Below, one piece after another: positions 62,321-64,000 of a stretch of DNA of 64,000 nucleotides (positions are counted from its first letter, which is position 1; each line of letters begins with the position of its first letter). Source of the DNA: Lepidodermella squamata. Taxonomy: Eukaryota; Animalia; Gastrotricha. The stretch covers positions 4,092,001-4,156,000 of the forward strand of contig JBLDXI010000007.1 in NCBI GenBank assembly GCA_047495785.1. Reading direction: 5' to 3'. The notes below the pieces were generated by a model, which saw nothing but the letters and a program-made list of their open reading frames with translations, was not told the origin of the DNA and did no database searches. The position numbers and the translations under genes are program-made.

Positions 62321-63024
62321 AAATTCAACTATGGGACGGAATACCGAAAACCTGCTTCCCGGAAAATGTTAACATTTATCTGTTCAAATGCTACATGAAC
62401 GAATTAGAGATGTCGTTATAGTCTGCAGTGCGCATCCGAAAGATTATGTAAATAAATAACAAACAATTTTCCTTTTTAAATACAGCTCGACGCCTCCTCG
62501 GCACGTGCCGTAGTAGCTGGGCTACAAATCGAGCCAGGACTCTGCATCGAAAAATTTCAATTTACCTAATAGGCTTTTAAACCGGACGGGGCTTATGTAA
62601 CTAAGGTAATTAATTTTCTAAAACGCCTTTCAAAAGGACATAGCAACTAGAAAAGTAAGAAATGGAAGCTTAGCTTTAAATAAAACCCAATGCTGAATGA
62701 AATAATGTTTAGAATAAATATTAATATTGGGCGAATTTTCAAATAGTTGCAAACGCATACTTAATACCGATATATGTACATATATTATGTACACCCACGC
62801 TTCTCTTGAATCATAAATGAGAATCATTCTTGTGTCTACGTTTCTTATCAGCGTCAATATATCACACTTGCCGACCCAACAGTTGTACGTCGCCGAATGC
62901 AAAGTGAGTAATGTGATGATTAACGCCTAGGCCTTATCTCAGCCATATAAAAGGAGTTGACTTTACGAGGCATGGAACCCACTTCCCGAAGCAAGTGCTG
63001 CTAGGAGCTATTTTAAACCAAAAG

Positions 63025-63372
63025 ATGGACACCGTCGCGCCCTCTCCGGACAATGTGAAGAACCAGCCGTCGGCTTACCTCAACATGCCTGACGTGCAAC
63101 CAAATTCTCCTGCGCCTCCAGCTTATCAATACACAGCTAGCCCCGGTGCCGGGTCCATCGTCACCTATTCGAATGGCCTGGCTGTTGTCGGCTCGTCGAG
63201 CGGATTTGCCGCGCAACCGCCAATGACAATTGAAGCAGGCCCGCCGACACACTACGCCGCGCAGCCCCCGAAACTTTATTGTCAGCAAGTCTTAGTTGGC
63301 ATAATTACAGGCGTGCTTATTTTATCGATGATTGGTGCCATTGTTGGTCTCGTTTATGCTCTTGTTGTTTGA
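63025..63372 (+). CDS. PPxY/TM family, copy 4
   Basis: YLNMPDVQPNSPAPPAY; TM; ATG at 63025 lies downstream of TATA at 62946. Confidence 0.75.
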   Translation: MDTVAPSPDNVKNQPSAYLNMPDVQPNSPAPPAYQYTASPGAGSIVTYSNGLAVVGSSSGFAAQPPMTIEAGPPTHYAAQPPKLYCQQVLVGIITGVLILSMIGAIVGLVYALVV

Positions 63373-64000
63373 TAATTACTCATCATTATTATTTTGTCTT
63401 CTGGCTGCATAAATTCAGTTGTTCTGGTTATTTTCTGAGTAATAAATAAAGTGGAATATATAAAAATTGATAATAATAAGGCTGGCTTAGTAGACACATA
63501 CCGTCATTTGGGGTAAAATGAACCATTAATCTTCACTTTAATAAACCTTTAACAAGACCACGTTGATCCATTAGAAGCAGTTAGGACACCGGGGCTTGGA
63601 CCCTGCAATGTAATCAAAATGTTGCCGATGAATACGGATGAATACATTAAAAGCTAGGTTTATTTACTACAGCTGCGGCGTCCTAGCTACTCATGCGTTG
63701 ATCCTATCGATCCATGGTATTTATACAGCATGAACAGTAGCTACTTCACCATACAAAGAAAGTCAGTGGATCAGCAAGATCGATTATCGTTCCATCCATA
63801 TAAGGAAATCCACACTTGATCGCACTGCGTGTTAAGGTAAGTTAGGTATGTCAAGTGATAGTAGGTTGTCGAGCAGCAATTGTAGGTCTTACGGAAACTC
63901 GCCTTGTCAGCGCGCGACGATCGACTCTAACAGCTTGCCATCGACTGGGGGCATCGAGATGGGCCTCTGAGCGCCCACATATTACGACTTATAGGCACGG

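Overview
Eukaryotic (invertebrate animal) genomic DNA with very short GT-AG introns (~50 bp, often ending TTTTCAG). A nematode-like origin is an inference from intron style and an astacin-EGF-CUB gene. Left to right: (1) a 9-kb island of intron-poor, microbial/fungal-type enzyme genes: two fatty-acid-desaturase paralogues (the second frameshifted) separated by a hAT remnant, an isochorismatase-GST fusion, and an AlkB-type dioxygenase separated from it by one in-frame TAG; (2) two tandem secreted EGF/C-type-lectin genes plus a fragment, carrying a 4-Cys repeat I cannot assign; (3) a 5'-to-3' bounded RTE/RTEX-like LINE with a nested TIR element; (4) two mucin-like genes; (5) an intact Crypton tyrosine recombinase with a loxP/dif-like core site; (6) a catalytically dead astacin-EGF-CUB-kringle gene ending in the same 4-Cys repeat; (7) a Ly6 gene head-to-head with a Cys-loop channel, two Cys-tailed membrane proteins, a kinase-coiled-coil-ankyrin gene, three GPI-type Ly6 paralogues, adenosine kinase, a sigma-like GST, and four small C-terminally anchored Pro-rich proteins, three with a PPxY motif and a shared promoter. 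Best novelty candidate: LINE ORF1 and ORF2 are in frame across a single UAG, ORF2 has no usable AUG, and a 12-nt element just after that UAG is exactly complementary to the ORF2 stop region 4 kb away, suggesting a virus-like long-range readthrough switch. All exon structures and family calls were made by eye, with no database searches.
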